From an uncultured Sulfolobales archaeon (GTDB lineage Archaea; Thermoproteota; Thermoprotei_A; Sulfolobales; NBVN01): a DNA stretch of 64,000 nucleotides. Within the stretch, counting starts at the first letter, position 1; each line of letters begins with the position of its first letter. Below are positions 51,889 through 61,161 of this stretch, piece by piece. A program made the position numbers and the translations under genes. The stretch lies in contig CALKCU010000015.1 in NCBI GenBank assembly GCA_938083005.1, positions 3,407-67,406 on the forward strand, read 5' to 3'. Below the pieces are notes generated by a model. It did no database searches and was not told the origin of the DNA. It saw nothing but the letters and a program-made list of their open reading frames with translations.

Positions 51889-52533
51889 TTGATGAAGTAT
51901 AGGGAGATCTCGGAGATCGTCGGGATCCCCCCTCCAGCTATCTGGCGCTACATCTCCCTCAGAGTGGTTCCGAGTCCCGAGAGAGCTGAGGAGATAGTTA
52001 GGGCGCTAACCTCCAAGGGCGTGGTCTCCAGGGTTATCGGGAGATACCTGAGGTTCAAGGACGGCGCTGTCGACACTAGCGGGATTCTAAGCAACGTCAT
52101 GCTGCTCAAGATACTAGCTTACGTGGCCTTCTACAGCTTCAGCGACGTAGACACGGTCCTCACGGTAGAGCTGGATGGGGTGCCCGTAGCGACCCTCGTC
52201 GCAGACCTCTTCAAGTCCAAGCTTGCTGTAGCCCGCAAGGGGGTCCCCTTCACGTCCGAGGCCGTTTACGAAGTCGAGTACGTCTCGAGGGACCCTCCGT
52301 CTATAGTGAGGCTGCACCTGCCATCCTCAGGGCTGAGGAAGGGCGAGAGGACTCTAATAGTAGACGATATCATTAGGACCGGGAGAACCACGTCGGCTCT
52401 GATAAAGCTGATAAGGGGCGTCGGGGCTGAGCTGGTCGGAGTGTTCTCTCCGATCGCCATCGGAAGGAGCTGGCAGGAGACTCTAAAGGACCACCTGGAT
52501 GTGATAGTCACGATACTAGAGGTCGAGGGGTAG
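51889..52533 (+). CDS. HTH + phosphoribosyltransferase-fold protein (PurR/GfcR-like putative regulator)
   Basis: It has the HTH YREISEIVGIPPPAIWRYIS and an intact PRPP loop TLIVDDIIRTGRTTSAL. The frame is open from 51802 and the homologous N-terminal helix lies upstream of the first canonical start codon; see findings. Confidence 0.7.
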   Translation: MMKYREISEIVGIPPPAIWRYISLRVVPSPERAEEIVRALTSKGVVSRVIGRYLRFKDGAVDTSGILSNVMLLKILAYVAFYSFSDVDTVLTVELDGVPVATLVADLFKSKLAVARKGVPFTSEAVYEVEYVSRDPPSIVRLHLPSSGLRKGERTLIVDDIIRTGRTTSALIKLIRGVGAELVGVFSPIAIGRSWQETLKDHLDVIVTILEVEG

Positions 52534-52539
52534 GGACGA

Positions 52540-53385
52540 GTGGGACCGAGGGGCTCCTGGCGTTCGGTCGCGCGGTCTTTCGCGTCCGCTCTCACTATAG
52601 AGGTAGTCTCGCCGAAGATCAGTGGAGTCACGGCATCGGAGTCTCTGAAGGGGATGAGCTCTCCACGCTTCATCCACACATCGTTTTACGTATACGACAC
52701 CATAATGGAGCTCTCCGCCTACGAGGGCTGCGCGCCTCTCGGGAGGACCCTGCTGAACCTCGTGAGCTCCGCTCTGGGGGACCCGGTTATCGGGACCAAC
52801 ACCTGCCTGGGCTACGGGCTGACCGCTATCTCTCTGGCATCATCCATACTCTACTCCCTCAGGGATGGAACCTGCGATGAGCCGGGGGAGTGCGTACTAG
52901 CCGGGTACGGGAGATTTGAGGAGTGTGCTAGGAAGGAGGGTCCCGACGAGTTGCTCAGGTCGATAGAGATCGCCGGTCCGAGCTACCACGGAAGGTACTA
53001 CTCTCCAAGGATCCCGGGCAGCATATTCGACCTGCTGCTGGAATCGGCTCCTTGGGACCTGGTGGCCTACAACATAGTCAGCAGGTTCTCCGCGACTCTA
53101 GGGCTTTACGACCTCGCGAAGTCGGTGTCTGTGGATGAGCTCGTCGGGACCGCCGGTAGGCTGTACAGGTACGCCGCGAGCAGGTACCCCGACGGCATAG
53201 CGTTCAAGTCGGGAGGTGTCATGCTCTCTAGACTGGTACAGGAGATAGCCTCCAGCACGGCGGTAAGCGAGGGGGACGCGCGCAGCATCCTGGTCGGTGA
53301 GATCGGCGTGAACCTAGGCTCCGTCTCGGACATAGTCGGATCAGCGCTAGCCCTGGTCCTCCTCAAAAGAGAGTGGGGAGAGTAG
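52540..53385 (+). CDS. CitG/MdcB-like triphosphoribosyl-dephospho-CoA synthase family protein
   Basis: 281 aa. The motifs LTIEVVSPKISGV, GTNTCLGYGL and VNLGSVSDIVGSALALVLL parallel the E..PKPG.V, G.NT.LG and NPG..AD..AAALFL motifs of PF01874 as I recall them. Confidence 0.55.
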   Translation: MGPRGSWRSVARSFASALTIEVVSPKISGVTASESLKGMSSPRFIHTSFYVYDTIMELSAYEGCAPLGRTLLNLVSSALGDPVIGTNTCLGYGLTAISLASSILYSLRDGTCDEPGECVLAGYGRFEECARKEGPDELLRSIEIAGPSYHGRYYSPRIPGSIFDLLLESAPWDLVAYNIVSRFSATLGLYDLAKSVSVDELVGTAGRLYRYAASRYPDGIAFKSGGVMLSRLVQEIASSTAVSEGDARSILVGEIGVNLGSVSDIVGSALALVLLKREWGE

Positions 53386-53386
53386 C

Positions 53387-54004
53387 GTGATGTTGGCCGC
53401 CTCGAGGATAGCTAATCCCTACCACCTGGACTACGTAGTTAAAGTCGTCAAGCACTCCGAGGCCGACGTAGTACTGCTCTGCGGCGACGTCGGTATCAAC
53501 GAGAAGTTTATGAGAGAGCTCTCCAGCCTTAGCCTCAGCATTCTAATGGTGTCCGGAGACGATGACGATATATACGTTATCAAGCTAGCGAGGAAGTACA
53601 ACGTACTGATAGACGGGGGGACTACAGAGGTAGCCGGCGTTAGAGTCGGTGGCGTAGGAGCCATCAACACCTCTCTCGACATCTCCTCCCTCACGTCTCG
53701 CGTAGAGAGAATCGACGTGCTGCTGACGCACCTCCCACCCCACGGATGTCTGGACAGGCAGCCCCCCCTCTACATACCCACGGGGCTTAGATCCCTGCGC
53801 ATGTTGCTCGAGGTCGTGAAGCCCTCGCTCGTTTTCGTAGGCCACAGCGCTAGACCCGGCCTAGACTACTGCGGAGGCGCGCTGGTGATAGGAGTAGCCG
53901 GCTTTCTCGTGCTCGTGGATTCCCCGAAGCCTCGGTGGGTGAGGTTTATACCGCTGGACCGGGCTCCTAGCTCAGGGCCCGCCAGTGAGCCGCGGTCCGA
54001 CTAG
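53387..54004 (+). CDS. Metallophosphoesterase (calcineurin-like)
   Basis: 205 aa. Motifs are VVLLCGDVG, VSGDDD, LLTHLPPHG and GHS. Confidence 0.7.
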   Translation: MMLAASRIANPYHLDYVVKVVKHSEADVVLLCGDVGINEKFMRELSSLSLSILMVSGDDDDIYVIKLARKYNVLIDGGTTEVAGVRVGGVGAINTSLDISSLTSRVERIDVLLTHLPPHGCLDRQPPLYIPTGLRSLRMLLEVVKPSLVFVGHSARPGLDYCGGALVIGVAGFLVLVDSPKPRWVRFIPLDRAPSSGPASEPRSD

Positions 54005-55163
54005 CTGCAGGGTAGGATTCCTGGTTAACCCGATAGCCGGCATGGGTGGAGCCGTAGGGCTCAAGGGCACTGATGGAAGGCTTTACGTCGAGGCGCTGAA
54101 GAGGGGGGCTAAGCCTGTTGCCCCGGCTAGGGCCTTGAGGTTCCTCTCGAGGCTCTCGGAGGTCTGCTCCTGCCGTATAGAGCTGTTAGTGGCCGGGAGC
54201 GTTATGGGTTGCCGCTACGCCTCCGAGGCTTGCCTGGAGAGCTACGTCTGCCTGGACGTACCGGGCTCGAGCGAAACGACTAGAGAAGACACCGTGAGAG
54301 TAGTGAGAGAGTTCCTCCGTCTAGGAGTGGACGCTATAGTCTTCGTCGGAGGAGACGGCACCGCCCGGGACGTCCTGGAGGCCAGCGAGGGGCTCGTGCC
54401 CGTTCTCGGTGTCCCCTCAGGCGTCAAGGTATACTCCTCCGTCTTCGCCGTCTCTCCCGAGGCAGCTGCTGACATACTCTCGGACTACTGTCGGGGAGAG
54501 GGGGCCCTCGATGTCGGTGAAGTCGTGGACGTCAACGAAGAGGCTCTGCAGAACGACGCCCTGGAGATAAAGCCCTACGGTAGGGTATCCACGCTGTCCT
54601 CGGGAAACTTGAGGGTCGGCACTAAGGAATTCGGAGCGGCGGAGGACGTCGAGGGGCTGGTGGAGTACTTCGTGTCCGAAGTGTATAGACCGGGCGTTCT
54701 CTACATACTCGGACCCGGCTCCACCACGAGGGCTATAGCCACCGGGCTCGGGGTCAGCAAGACCCTCCTAGGATTCGACGCGGTCCTCGATGGGAGGCTC
54801 GTTGGCAAGGACCTCTCGGCGGAGGACATAAAGAGGCTCATTGCGACGTTTAAGGAGGTCTGTGTGGTCCTCTCAATAGTGGGCGGGCAGGGCTACCTCA
54901 TAGGTAGGGGGAACCAGCAGCTGACGCCCGAGATCCTAAAGATGATCGGCAAGGATAGAATAATGGTGGTCAGCTCGAGGGGCAAGCTAAGGCGGTTAAG
55001 GCACGTCCTCGTGGACACGGGCGACCCAGACGTGGACAGGGAGTTCTCCGGTTACTACAGAGTCGTCACCGGGTTCGGTGAAGAGTACGTGGTAAAAGCG
55101 CTACCAGCTTCAGACCCCGAGGCCTTGAGGTCCCATCAGTCCCCAAGCGGGACCCCTCGGTAG
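53985..55163 (+). CDS. ATP-NAD kinase-like family protein
   Basis: 392 aa. It has VGFLVNPIAGMGGAVGLKGTDG at the N-terminus and the VFVGGDGTARDV diacylglycerol/NAD-kinase motif. It overlaps the previous gene by 20 nt. Confidence 0.7.
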   Translation: MSRGPTSCRVGFLVNPIAGMGGAVGLKGTDGRLYVEALKRGAKPVAPARALRFLSRLSEVCSCRIELLVAGSVMGCRYASEACLESYVCLDVPGSSETTREDTVRVVREFLRLGVDAIVFVGGDGTARDVLEASEGLVPVLGVPSGVKVYSSVFAVSPEAAADILSDYCRGEGALDVGEVVDVNEEALQNDALEIKPYGRVSTLSSGNLRVGTKEFGAAEDVEGLVEYFVSEVYRPGVLYILGPGSTTRAIATGLGVSKTLLGFDAVLDGRLVGKDLSAEDIKRLIATFKEVCVVLSIVGGQGYLIGRGNQQLTPEILKMIGKDRIMVVSSRGKLRRLRHVLVDTGDPDVDREFSGYYRVVTGFGEEYVVKALPASDPEALRSHQSPSGTPR

Positions 55164-55169
55164 CGGCTG

Positions 55170-55607
55170 TCATCTAGGAAACTCTAGGACGAACTTCTTC
55201 TTACTCTTCCACCAGGTCACGTATCTAACTCCGCTCTCCTTTAGGGTCCTGGCCAGTCCTTTGTCGGCCGTCAGCACGAACGCCTCAGCTCTCCCCAGGG
55301 AGTACTTGAGGATACACTCGTCCGTCCTGGAGCAGTCCGCGAACTCAACGAACCCCAGGGCAGCGCTCTGCTTGTTCAGCTCGGCCAGCGCTAGTCGGGC
55401 GGCAGCAGCCCTGCGCCCTCTACCGGTGGCCAATCTCTCCAACTCCCGTAGGACGGGCACGAGTAGTGAGACTCGGACTACTGGGCAATAGCCCCTAAGA
55501 ATCTCCACGGCTTCTCTCAGCGGGTCTACGGCCTCCGCAACCAGCAGGAGGGCACTAGTGTCCGGTATCAGCTCGCACGTGCGGTACTCCTGGCTAGTCC
55601 CTGACAA
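55170..55607 (-). CDS. PIN domain nuclease-fold protein
   Basis: 145 aa. Acidic PIN residues appear in IPDTSAL, RTDECIL and LTADKGL. It overlaps the eif2g stop by 14 nt. Confidence 0.75.
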   Translation of the reverse strand: MSGTSQEYRTCELIPDTSALLLVAEAVDPLREAVEILRGYCPVVRVSLLVPVLRELERLATGRGRRAAAARLALAELNKQSAALGFVEFADCSRTDECILKYSLGRAEAFVLTADKGLARTLKESGVRYVTWWKSKKKFVLEFPR

Positions 55608-56826
55608 CGCCCCAACCGACGAGCCTCCACCTGTTCATAATGTTCCTGCTTATAGCTATCTTCATGCCCTTCCACGCGATGACCGGTTTGTCCACGAGCT
55701 CTACCTCGAACCAATCGCTGGTCAGCCTCTTAACCACGGCCATGGATATAGCGGTCCCGGCTGTCACTATTATCCTCTCGCCAGTCCTCAGGGGCGGGAC
55801 CTTCTGCAACTCCTTAGTTCCCACAACCCTCTCGAAGAGGAAGTAGTCGGCGAGGAGGTGAGTCCTTGGCTGGGGTAGTTGGTCGGCGAGCCCCACGACA
55901 GATCCTACTAGCTTATCGGCCTTGGTTAGCGAAGGGTCTAGGCTCGTCCCTATAGCTACTAACCCGCCCGGCCTCGCCTCCTTGTAGGATCTCTCGCCGA
56001 ATCTGATGCTCTCCACCCTTGTATACAGCTTTTTGTAGACGGTCCTGCCACCCTCGACCGTTCTCACCCCGGGGCTTATCTCTATCTCGTCCCCCACTCT
56101 AAACACTCCCCTAGTTACCGACCCCCCCACTACTCCACCAACGAGATTCTCGGGAGGGGTTCCGGGCTTGTTCACGTCGAAGGACCTCGCAACGAACATC
56201 AGGGGCTTGGCGGCTAGATCCCTCTCGGGGGTCTTGAAGAAGCCTTCGATCGCTGACAGCAATACGTCTATGTTTACTTTATGAAGAGCGCTCACAGGAA
56301 TTATCGAAGCCCCCTCAGCGAACGTGCCGCTCAGAAAGGCCTTGATCTCCTCATAGTTCCTCTTAGCCCGCTCCCTGCTTACTACGTCGACCTTGTTCTG
56401 CACGACTATTACGTCCTTTACTCCCACTATCTCCAACGCCTTGAAGTGCTCCCTCGTCTGGGGCTGCGGGCATGGCTCGTTAGCTGCCACGACTAGGAGC
56501 GCGCTGTCCATTATGGCGGCACCCGAGAGCATGTTTGCCATCAGGACCTCGTGGCCTGGGGAGTCAACGAAGGACACGCTCCTCCTGTAGACCGGGTCGG
56601 GGCACTCGAGGGGGTCCGTGACGTACCTCTCGTGAGCGGATCTCCCCGGACACTCGTAGACGTCGGCGTCAGCGTACCCTAGCTTTATAGTCATGGACCT
56701 CAGGAGCTCCTCCGAGTGCCTCGACGTCCAGATACCGGTTATGGCTTGCACGAGAGTGGTCTTGCCGTGATCTACGTGGCCTACTACGCCGATGTTTATC
56801 TCTGGTTGCCTGAGTTCCTGCTCCAT
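55594..56826 (-). CDS. eif2g: Translation initiation factor aIF2 gamma subunit
   Basis: 410 aa. GTPase motifs are GHVDHGKTT, DSPGH and NKVD. The three-domain EF-Tu-like length fits. Confidence 0.95.
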   Translation of the reverse strand: MEQELRQPEINIGVVGHVDHGKTTLVQAITGIWTSRHSEELLRSMTIKLGYADADVYECPGRSAHERYVTDPLECPDPVYRRSVSFVDSPGHEVLMANMLSGAAIMDSALLVVAANEPCPQPQTREHFKALEIVGVKDVIVVQNKVDVVSRERAKRNYEEIKAFLSGTFAEGASIIPVSALHKVNIDVLLSAIEGFFKTPERDLAAKPLMFVARSFDVNKPGTPPENLVGGVVGGSVTRGVFRVGDEIEISPGVRTVEGGRTVYKKLYTRVESIRFGERSYKEARPGGLVAIGTSLDPSLTKADKLVGSVVGLADQLPQPRTHLLADYFLFERVVGTKELQKVPPLRTGERIIVTAGTAISMAVVKRLTSDWFEVELVDKPVIAWKGMKIAISRNIMNRWRLVGWGVVRD

Positions 56827-56829
56827 GGA

Positions 56830-57540
56830 CTAGCCCCGCAACTCCTCGATGGTAAATCTCTCGACGAACGCCACCTCCCTCACTCCCTTAACGTACTTGA
56901 GTATATCGTACGCGGCCAGGGCCTTCGCGTACTGCACCTCCCTCCCCATTCTGAGCTCCCTTGGCAGCTCCGCGACGATCCTGCCCTGGTCAGCCTCCAG
57001 GCCGACCCTGATATCTTCCAGCTTTACCCCTCTGATCCTCCTCTTTATCAGGTGCTTCGCAGCCTCAACAGGGTCGTCGATGGCCTTGACTACCCGCATC
57101 TTAAGCCTCAGAGTCTTCCCAGCGAGAGCGTGGTTGAAGTCCACGATAACCCTCCCGCCCTCGACAGCTAGGATCCTCCCGACCTCGTCGTTTATCCTAA
57201 CCTCCTTACCCACCTCGGGCCTGACATTCCGCCTCTCGAACACCCTCCTGGGGAATATCTTGACCTTAGCCGGGTCCCGAGGTCCGAAAGCCCTCTCCGG
57301 AGGTATTTCGAACTCCTTCTCTACACCGATCTCACAGCTCCTTAGCGCCTCCTCGAACCCTTGAAAAAACCTCCCCTCACCGACGACCATAACCTCGGGC
57401 TCGTAGGGGGCTCCCTCAACGTACTTCCTGTGGAGTTTCGCCTCGGCTTCCGATGTAGTATCGACGAGCTCGCCGGTGTCTTTTACGTATAGGGAGTACT
57501 CGACGACTACTACTTGTCCCTCTCTTACCACATACCCCAC
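56830..57540 (-). CDS. FKBP-type peptidyl-prolyl cis-trans isomerase (long archaeal form)
   Basis: 236 aa. The N-terminal FKBP domain has an insert-in-flap (VVVVEYSLYVKDTGELVDTT...), followed by a C-terminal extension. Confidence 0.85.
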   Translation of the reverse strand: MGYVVREGQVVVVEYSLYVKDTGELVDTTSEAEAKLHRKYVEGAPYEPEVMVVGEGRFFQGFEEALRSCEIGVEKEFEIPPERAFGPRDPAKVKIFPRRVFERRNVRPEVGKEVRINDEVGRILAVEGGRVIVDFNHALAGKTLRLKMRVVKAIDDPVEAAKHLIKRRIRGVKLEDIRVGLEADQGRIVAELPRELRMGREVQYAKALAAYDILKYVKGVREVAFVERFTIEELRG

Positions 57541-57565
57541 CTTAATTCAGTTTCCCGGACGTGCC

Positions 57566-57571
57566 TTAAAA
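57566..57571 (-). promoter_or_regulatory. Box-A (TTTTAA on minus strand) for the FKBP gene
   Basis: Lies 26-31 nt upstream of ATG 57540, implying a leaderless or near-leaderless mRNA. Confidence 0.45.
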
Positions 57572-57904
57572 GTGACGCGCTATCCTAAGGCGGCTAAGTC
57601 GCTCGTCCCTGGATACTCGTTTATCTGGGGGCTCTCGTCCGCGGGGGCTGCGAGGTCTCCGCGGGTTCATGAAGCAGCCGCCAAGCCGACGGACAGGGAT
57701 CTCCGTCTAGAATGCTCTCTAAGCGCCTCAGAGCACGGTTTCCTCTTCCTGAGTCTTCGTGAAGGCCGACCCCTGCTCGGGGCCGGAGCGGACCGAGGCT
57801 TGCGAGCCTCTCCAAGGTATGCTGTAGGAAGGTGGTCCGGGGATTGGGTTAGCATCAGAGGGCGGGAGCCGAGTTCGAACGTCCAGAGCATGACCCTGTT
57901 GAGG

Positions 57905-58007
57905 CGCCGGGGGCGGGATTCGAACCCGCGCGGGGACGGTGCCCCAGTGGGTCTCACGTAGTGCCGGAACTCGAGCCCACCGCCTTAGGCCGCTCGGCCA
58001 CCCCGGC
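57905..58007 (-). tRNA. tRNA-Ser (anticodon CGA) with 17-nt intron
   Basis: Hand fold of the minus strand: acceptor GCCGGGG/CCCCGGC; discriminator G; anticodon stem GTGGG/CCCAC; loop CT-CGA-G, with the anticodon at 57973-57971. The intron spans 57969-57953 at position 37/38. It has a long variable arm TGGGGCACCGTCCCCGC and a T arm GCGGG-TTCGAAT-CCCGC. Confidence 0.85.
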
Positions 58008-58035
58008 CTACGTCCAGAAGTAGGGCGTGTGAGAG

Positions 58036-58040
58036 TTTAA
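58036..58040 (-). promoter_or_regulatory. Box-A (ACTTAAAC on minus strand) for tRNA-Ser
   Basis: Lies 29-33 nt upstream of the tRNA 5' end at 58007. Confidence 0.45.
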
Positions 58041-58147
58041 GTATGTGGGTGCGCGCGAGAGTCTGTAGGCGCTATGACTAAAGCCTCTTCGAGGGCGCGC
58101 AGGACCCCCCTGGCCGCGCTTGGGAGATCTCCTGGTCTGACCGGTAA

Positions 58148-59023
58148 CTATGGGGCAGAGCTTCCAGTTGGTGTTGCGGAACCCGCTTTCAAGCCCCCGA
58201 GGTTCGAGATCACGAGCTTCTTGATGAGTTCTTCTCCAGCCTTCAACGCGATGTCCAGAGCTGTTAACACCTCGGCCTCCGTAAAGCCTCCAGCCCCAGA
58301 CTTCTGGAGGCCGGCGATCCTTCCGTCCTCCGATACTGCCACCACTAGCCTCGTCTCGGCTACGCTCTCCTCCTCTAGATCAGGATCGACGAACATGACG
58401 TTCTCAGCCTTGGCTATGGTTACCGTAATCACTCTGTTCCTCAGGGGGAGGGGCGATGCCCTGGTACCCCTGTCCACCCTCACGTTCCCCGATTCGTCGA
58501 CTTCGACCTTGGGTAGGGAGGTGTTCATTAGCGCTGCGAGGGTCGCGATCGACGACGCGTCCACGAGGTTCCCGTCGTGGTCCAGCGCGTATATATCTAT
58601 GTAGACCACCCAGACTCTCCTCCCGGGTACTATGACCAGCTTGCTCATGTCTATAGCCTTTAGCTCTCTTAGCGACCTATCTATCACCCTGGCCAGCTCT
58701 ATAGCGTTCTCGTCTGGCGGCCCCGGCTCGAAAGTTGACAGCGCTGTGGGGACGAACTCCGCGTTTACGACTAGCGCCCCCTCGTTGGGAGCGTCTGGGT
58801 AGGGGCTCCCGACCTCGAGCTTAACCCCGGCCACGACTACGGTGTTGCCGAGCCTAACGAGGGCTGACCCGTCCGCGTTTCGCACGTAACCCGGCACTAT
58901 CTCTATGGGTCTATACTCCATCAGACCCCGTCCGGAGCTCCTCATACCCTTCTTCAGTATGCTCACGATGGTGCTGGCCTTGAGCCTAGGTATTACAAGC
59001 TCTAGGGACGGAGTGTGCGACAC
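58148..59023 (-). CDS. rrp42: Exosome complex component Rrp42 (RNase PH-like, inactive subunit)
   Basis: 291 aa with an RNase PH fold. Its position after rrp41 matches the conserved archaeal superoperon. Confidence 0.9.
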   Translation of the reverse strand: MSHTPSLELVIPRLKASTIVSILKKGMRSSGRGLMEYRPIEIVPGYVRNADGSALVRLGNTVVVAGVKLEVGSPYPDAPNEGALVVNAEFVPTALSTFEPGPPDENAIELARVIDRSLRELKAIDMSKLVIVPGRRVWVVYIDIYALDHDGNLVDASSIATLAALMNTSLPKVEVDESGNVRVDRGTRASPLPLRNRVITVTIAKAENVMFVDPDLEEESVAETRLVVAVSEDGRIAGLQKSGAGGFTEAEVLTALDIALKAGEELIKKLVISNLGGLKAGSATPTGSSAP

Positions 59024-59748
59024 TACTCCTCCACCCTAACCTTCATGTACTTGTCCCTGAGGGCCTCCCTAGACTTCTCGTAGATTTGAGCGGCTCCCTT
59101 GAGGGCCAGCTTTAGGGCTGCGTCAAACTCCTCCCTGGTGAGCACTCCGTTCAGCTGTAGGAGAGTGATGAGGCCTAAAGATGGGGCTACGGCTACCGGC
59201 ATATCAGCCTCCCCGAACATGTCCTCGAGCTCATCTACGTCTAGCAGTAACACTCCATCGATCTTGCCCACAGCAACCCCGACCACGAGATCCCTCATGG
59301 GTACACCAGCGTCGGCGAGGGCGAGCGAGGCCGCAGTTACGGCAGCTGTTCTAGTACCCCCGTCCGCGTTTATCACCTCGATGAAGATGTCTATCGCCGT
59401 CCTGGGGAAGGTCTCGGACATGACTACCGGCTCTAGCGCCTCCCTTATCACCTTGGATAGCTCTACCTCCCTCCTGGTGAGCGCTGGCGACTTCCTTTCG
59501 TGAGTCGAGAATGAGAGCATGTGGTAGCGGCACCTGATTATCGCTCTGTCCGGGAGCAGTAGGTGCTTTTGAGGTATCTCCCTCGGTCCGTAGACCGCGG
59601 CCAAAACTTTGGTCCCACCGTACTCAACCAGGGCTGAGCCGGACGCCTTGTTCAGAGCTCCGACCGTTATCCTAACGGGTCTCAGCTCGTCGTACTTCCT
59701 CCCGTCGTGCCTCAGACCGTCCTCCCTAATCAGCCTTGGCCTCTCCAC
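59023..59748 (-). CDS. rrp41: Exosome complex exonuclease Rrp41 (RNase PH-like, catalytic)
   Basis: 241 aa. Motifs are R.DGR...ELRP....G.....GSA and ADGGTRTA. Confidence 0.95.
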   Translation of the reverse strand: MERPRLIREDGLRHDGRKYDELRPVRITVGALNKASGSALVEYGGTKVLAAVYGPREIPQKHLLLPDRAIIRCRYHMLSFSTHERKSPALTRREVELSKVIREALEPVVMSETFPRTAIDIFIEVINADGGTRTAAVTAASLALADAGVPMRDLVVGVAVGKIDGVLLLDVDELEDMFGEADMPVAVAPSLGLITLLQLNGVLTREEFDAALKLALKGAAQIYEKSREALRDKYMKVRVEE

Positions 59749-60460
59749 CTATCAGACCCCTCTTAACTTTCTCCCGGATAATAAACTCCTTGACCCTATC
59801 CGTCAGGCCCGGTATATGAGCCTCCCTCTCTATCTTGAGTATCGCCATCACCAAGACGTCCTCCAGCTCCTTGTTCGGGCAGTTGATGAGTATCCTACCA
59901 TTCCTCGCTACCAACACCTCACACCCGGTCTCGCCCTCCAGGAGCTGGTGCATGGAGCCCTTGCGTCCTATTACTCTCGCGACCTTCACCGGGCTTATCT
60001 CGACTATCGTTCCCCGGGTCACCTTTCCCAGGCCCTTACCCTTCGTGGTCACTACGGGCCCTCTGTTTCTGTCGAACACCTCTACCTTGGCCAGCACGGT
60101 ATCCCCTACCGCCAAGTACCTGCTGAGGTCCTCCTTGGCCGGGTTCACCGGTCTCCCTAGAAAGTCCACAGCGTAGAGTGTGGCCGTGAAGGGGGCTCTT
60201 ATGTCTAGCTCCCACGACGTGAGACCTAGGTCGACTACGTAACCTACGACCAGGTCCTCCGGTTGCGGAACGTAGCAGCCCTCGAGAGGTATCACGGCTA
60301 TCTCCTTAGTCTCGTTGTTGATCTGCGCTAGGCCGACGACCGCTGCCACGTACTTCTTGTTGACCTTAACCACGTAGCTGGGAGTCAAGACCTTGTAGTC
60401 CCCCTCGGCGAAGGCCTCACCGGGAACTACGAGGACCCTACGCGCTTCCTGCGACTCCAT
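59726..60460 (-). CDS. rrp4: Exosome RNA-binding cap subunit Rrp4 (S1 + KH)
   Basis: 244 aa. It has an S1 domain and a KH domain (VIGRKGSM). It overlaps rrp41 by 23 nt. Confidence 0.9.
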   Translation of the reverse strand: MESQEARRVLVVPGEAFAEGDYKVLTPSYVVKVNKKYVAAVVGLAQINNETKEIAVIPLEGCYVPQPEDLVVGYVVDLGLTSWELDIRAPFTATLYAVDFLGRPVNPAKEDLSRYLAVGDTVLAKVEVFDRNRGPVVTTKGKGLGKVTRGTIVEISPVKVARVIGRKGSMHQLLEGETGCEVLVARNGRILINCPNKELEDVLVMAILKIEREAHIPGLTDRVKEFIIREKVKRGLIGGEAKAD

Positions 60461-61161
60461 CAGAACACCTCTATCTTGACCTCCGACTGCCCCCTGGTGA
60501 CCCTGTTTACCTTGTCTATGACCTCTTGCTGCAGGCCCGCGGGCACTTCAAACTCTATCTCGTAGCTACCGTCCCTGCTCCACTGCTCCGCCTTCACCTC
60601 TCCTAGCTTTCTCAATTCCTGCACCGCCCTAGCGGCTACCTCGGGAGGGACCCTGATTCTGAACCTAGCCCTAGCTATTCTGATCGGCAGTATCCTCGAA
60701 ATGGTTTTGACTATAGCCGCGGCCTGCTCCTCGACGCTCTTGTAGAGGTCTATGACGACCCTGGCCTCCTCCATAGCCTTCTCGATCCTTTGGGGGGGTA
60801 TGGGCGTCTTAGTCTTCGGGTCTACAGCTGATCTGGCTATGTAGTTCACTATCTGCCTCCTCCTGCTCTCCAGCATCCTCCTCCTCTGCTCGGTGGTGAG
60901 CTGGAGCTCTCCCTTCTTTATTATCGCGTCGGCTACGACCCTGATATCGTCAGTGCCGAAGACCCTGACCAGCTCCTCCGGAGACGCCTTGTCCCCCTTC
61001 CGCACGTCTTTGTATACGTAGTCCCCCTTCAGGACCTCGTCGAGGTCCAGCTTCTTACCCTCCCTGTACTCGAGGGCCTTCTCAGGGTCTACAAGGATCT
61101 CGAACCTGTGGCCCTTGACCTCGTACCTCGCGATTACGTACTCTCTGCCTCTACTACTCAT
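60460..61161 (-). CDS. sdo1: SBDS/Sdo1 ribosome maturation protein
   Basis: 233 aa. The N-terminal FYSH domain motif is VIARYEVKGHRFEILVDPEKALEYREGK. Confidence 0.9.
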   Translation of the reverse strand: MSSRGREYVIARYEVKGHRFEILVDPEKALEYREGKKLDLDEVLKGDYVYKDVRKGDKASPEELVRVFGTDDIRVVADAIIKKGELQLTTEQRRRMLESRRRQIVNYIARSAVDPKTKTPIPPQRIEKAMEEARVVIDLYKSVEEQAAAIVKTISRILPIRIARARFRIRVPPEVAARAVQELRKLGEVKAEQWSRDGSYEIEFEVPAGLQQEVIDKVNRVTRGQSEVKIEVF

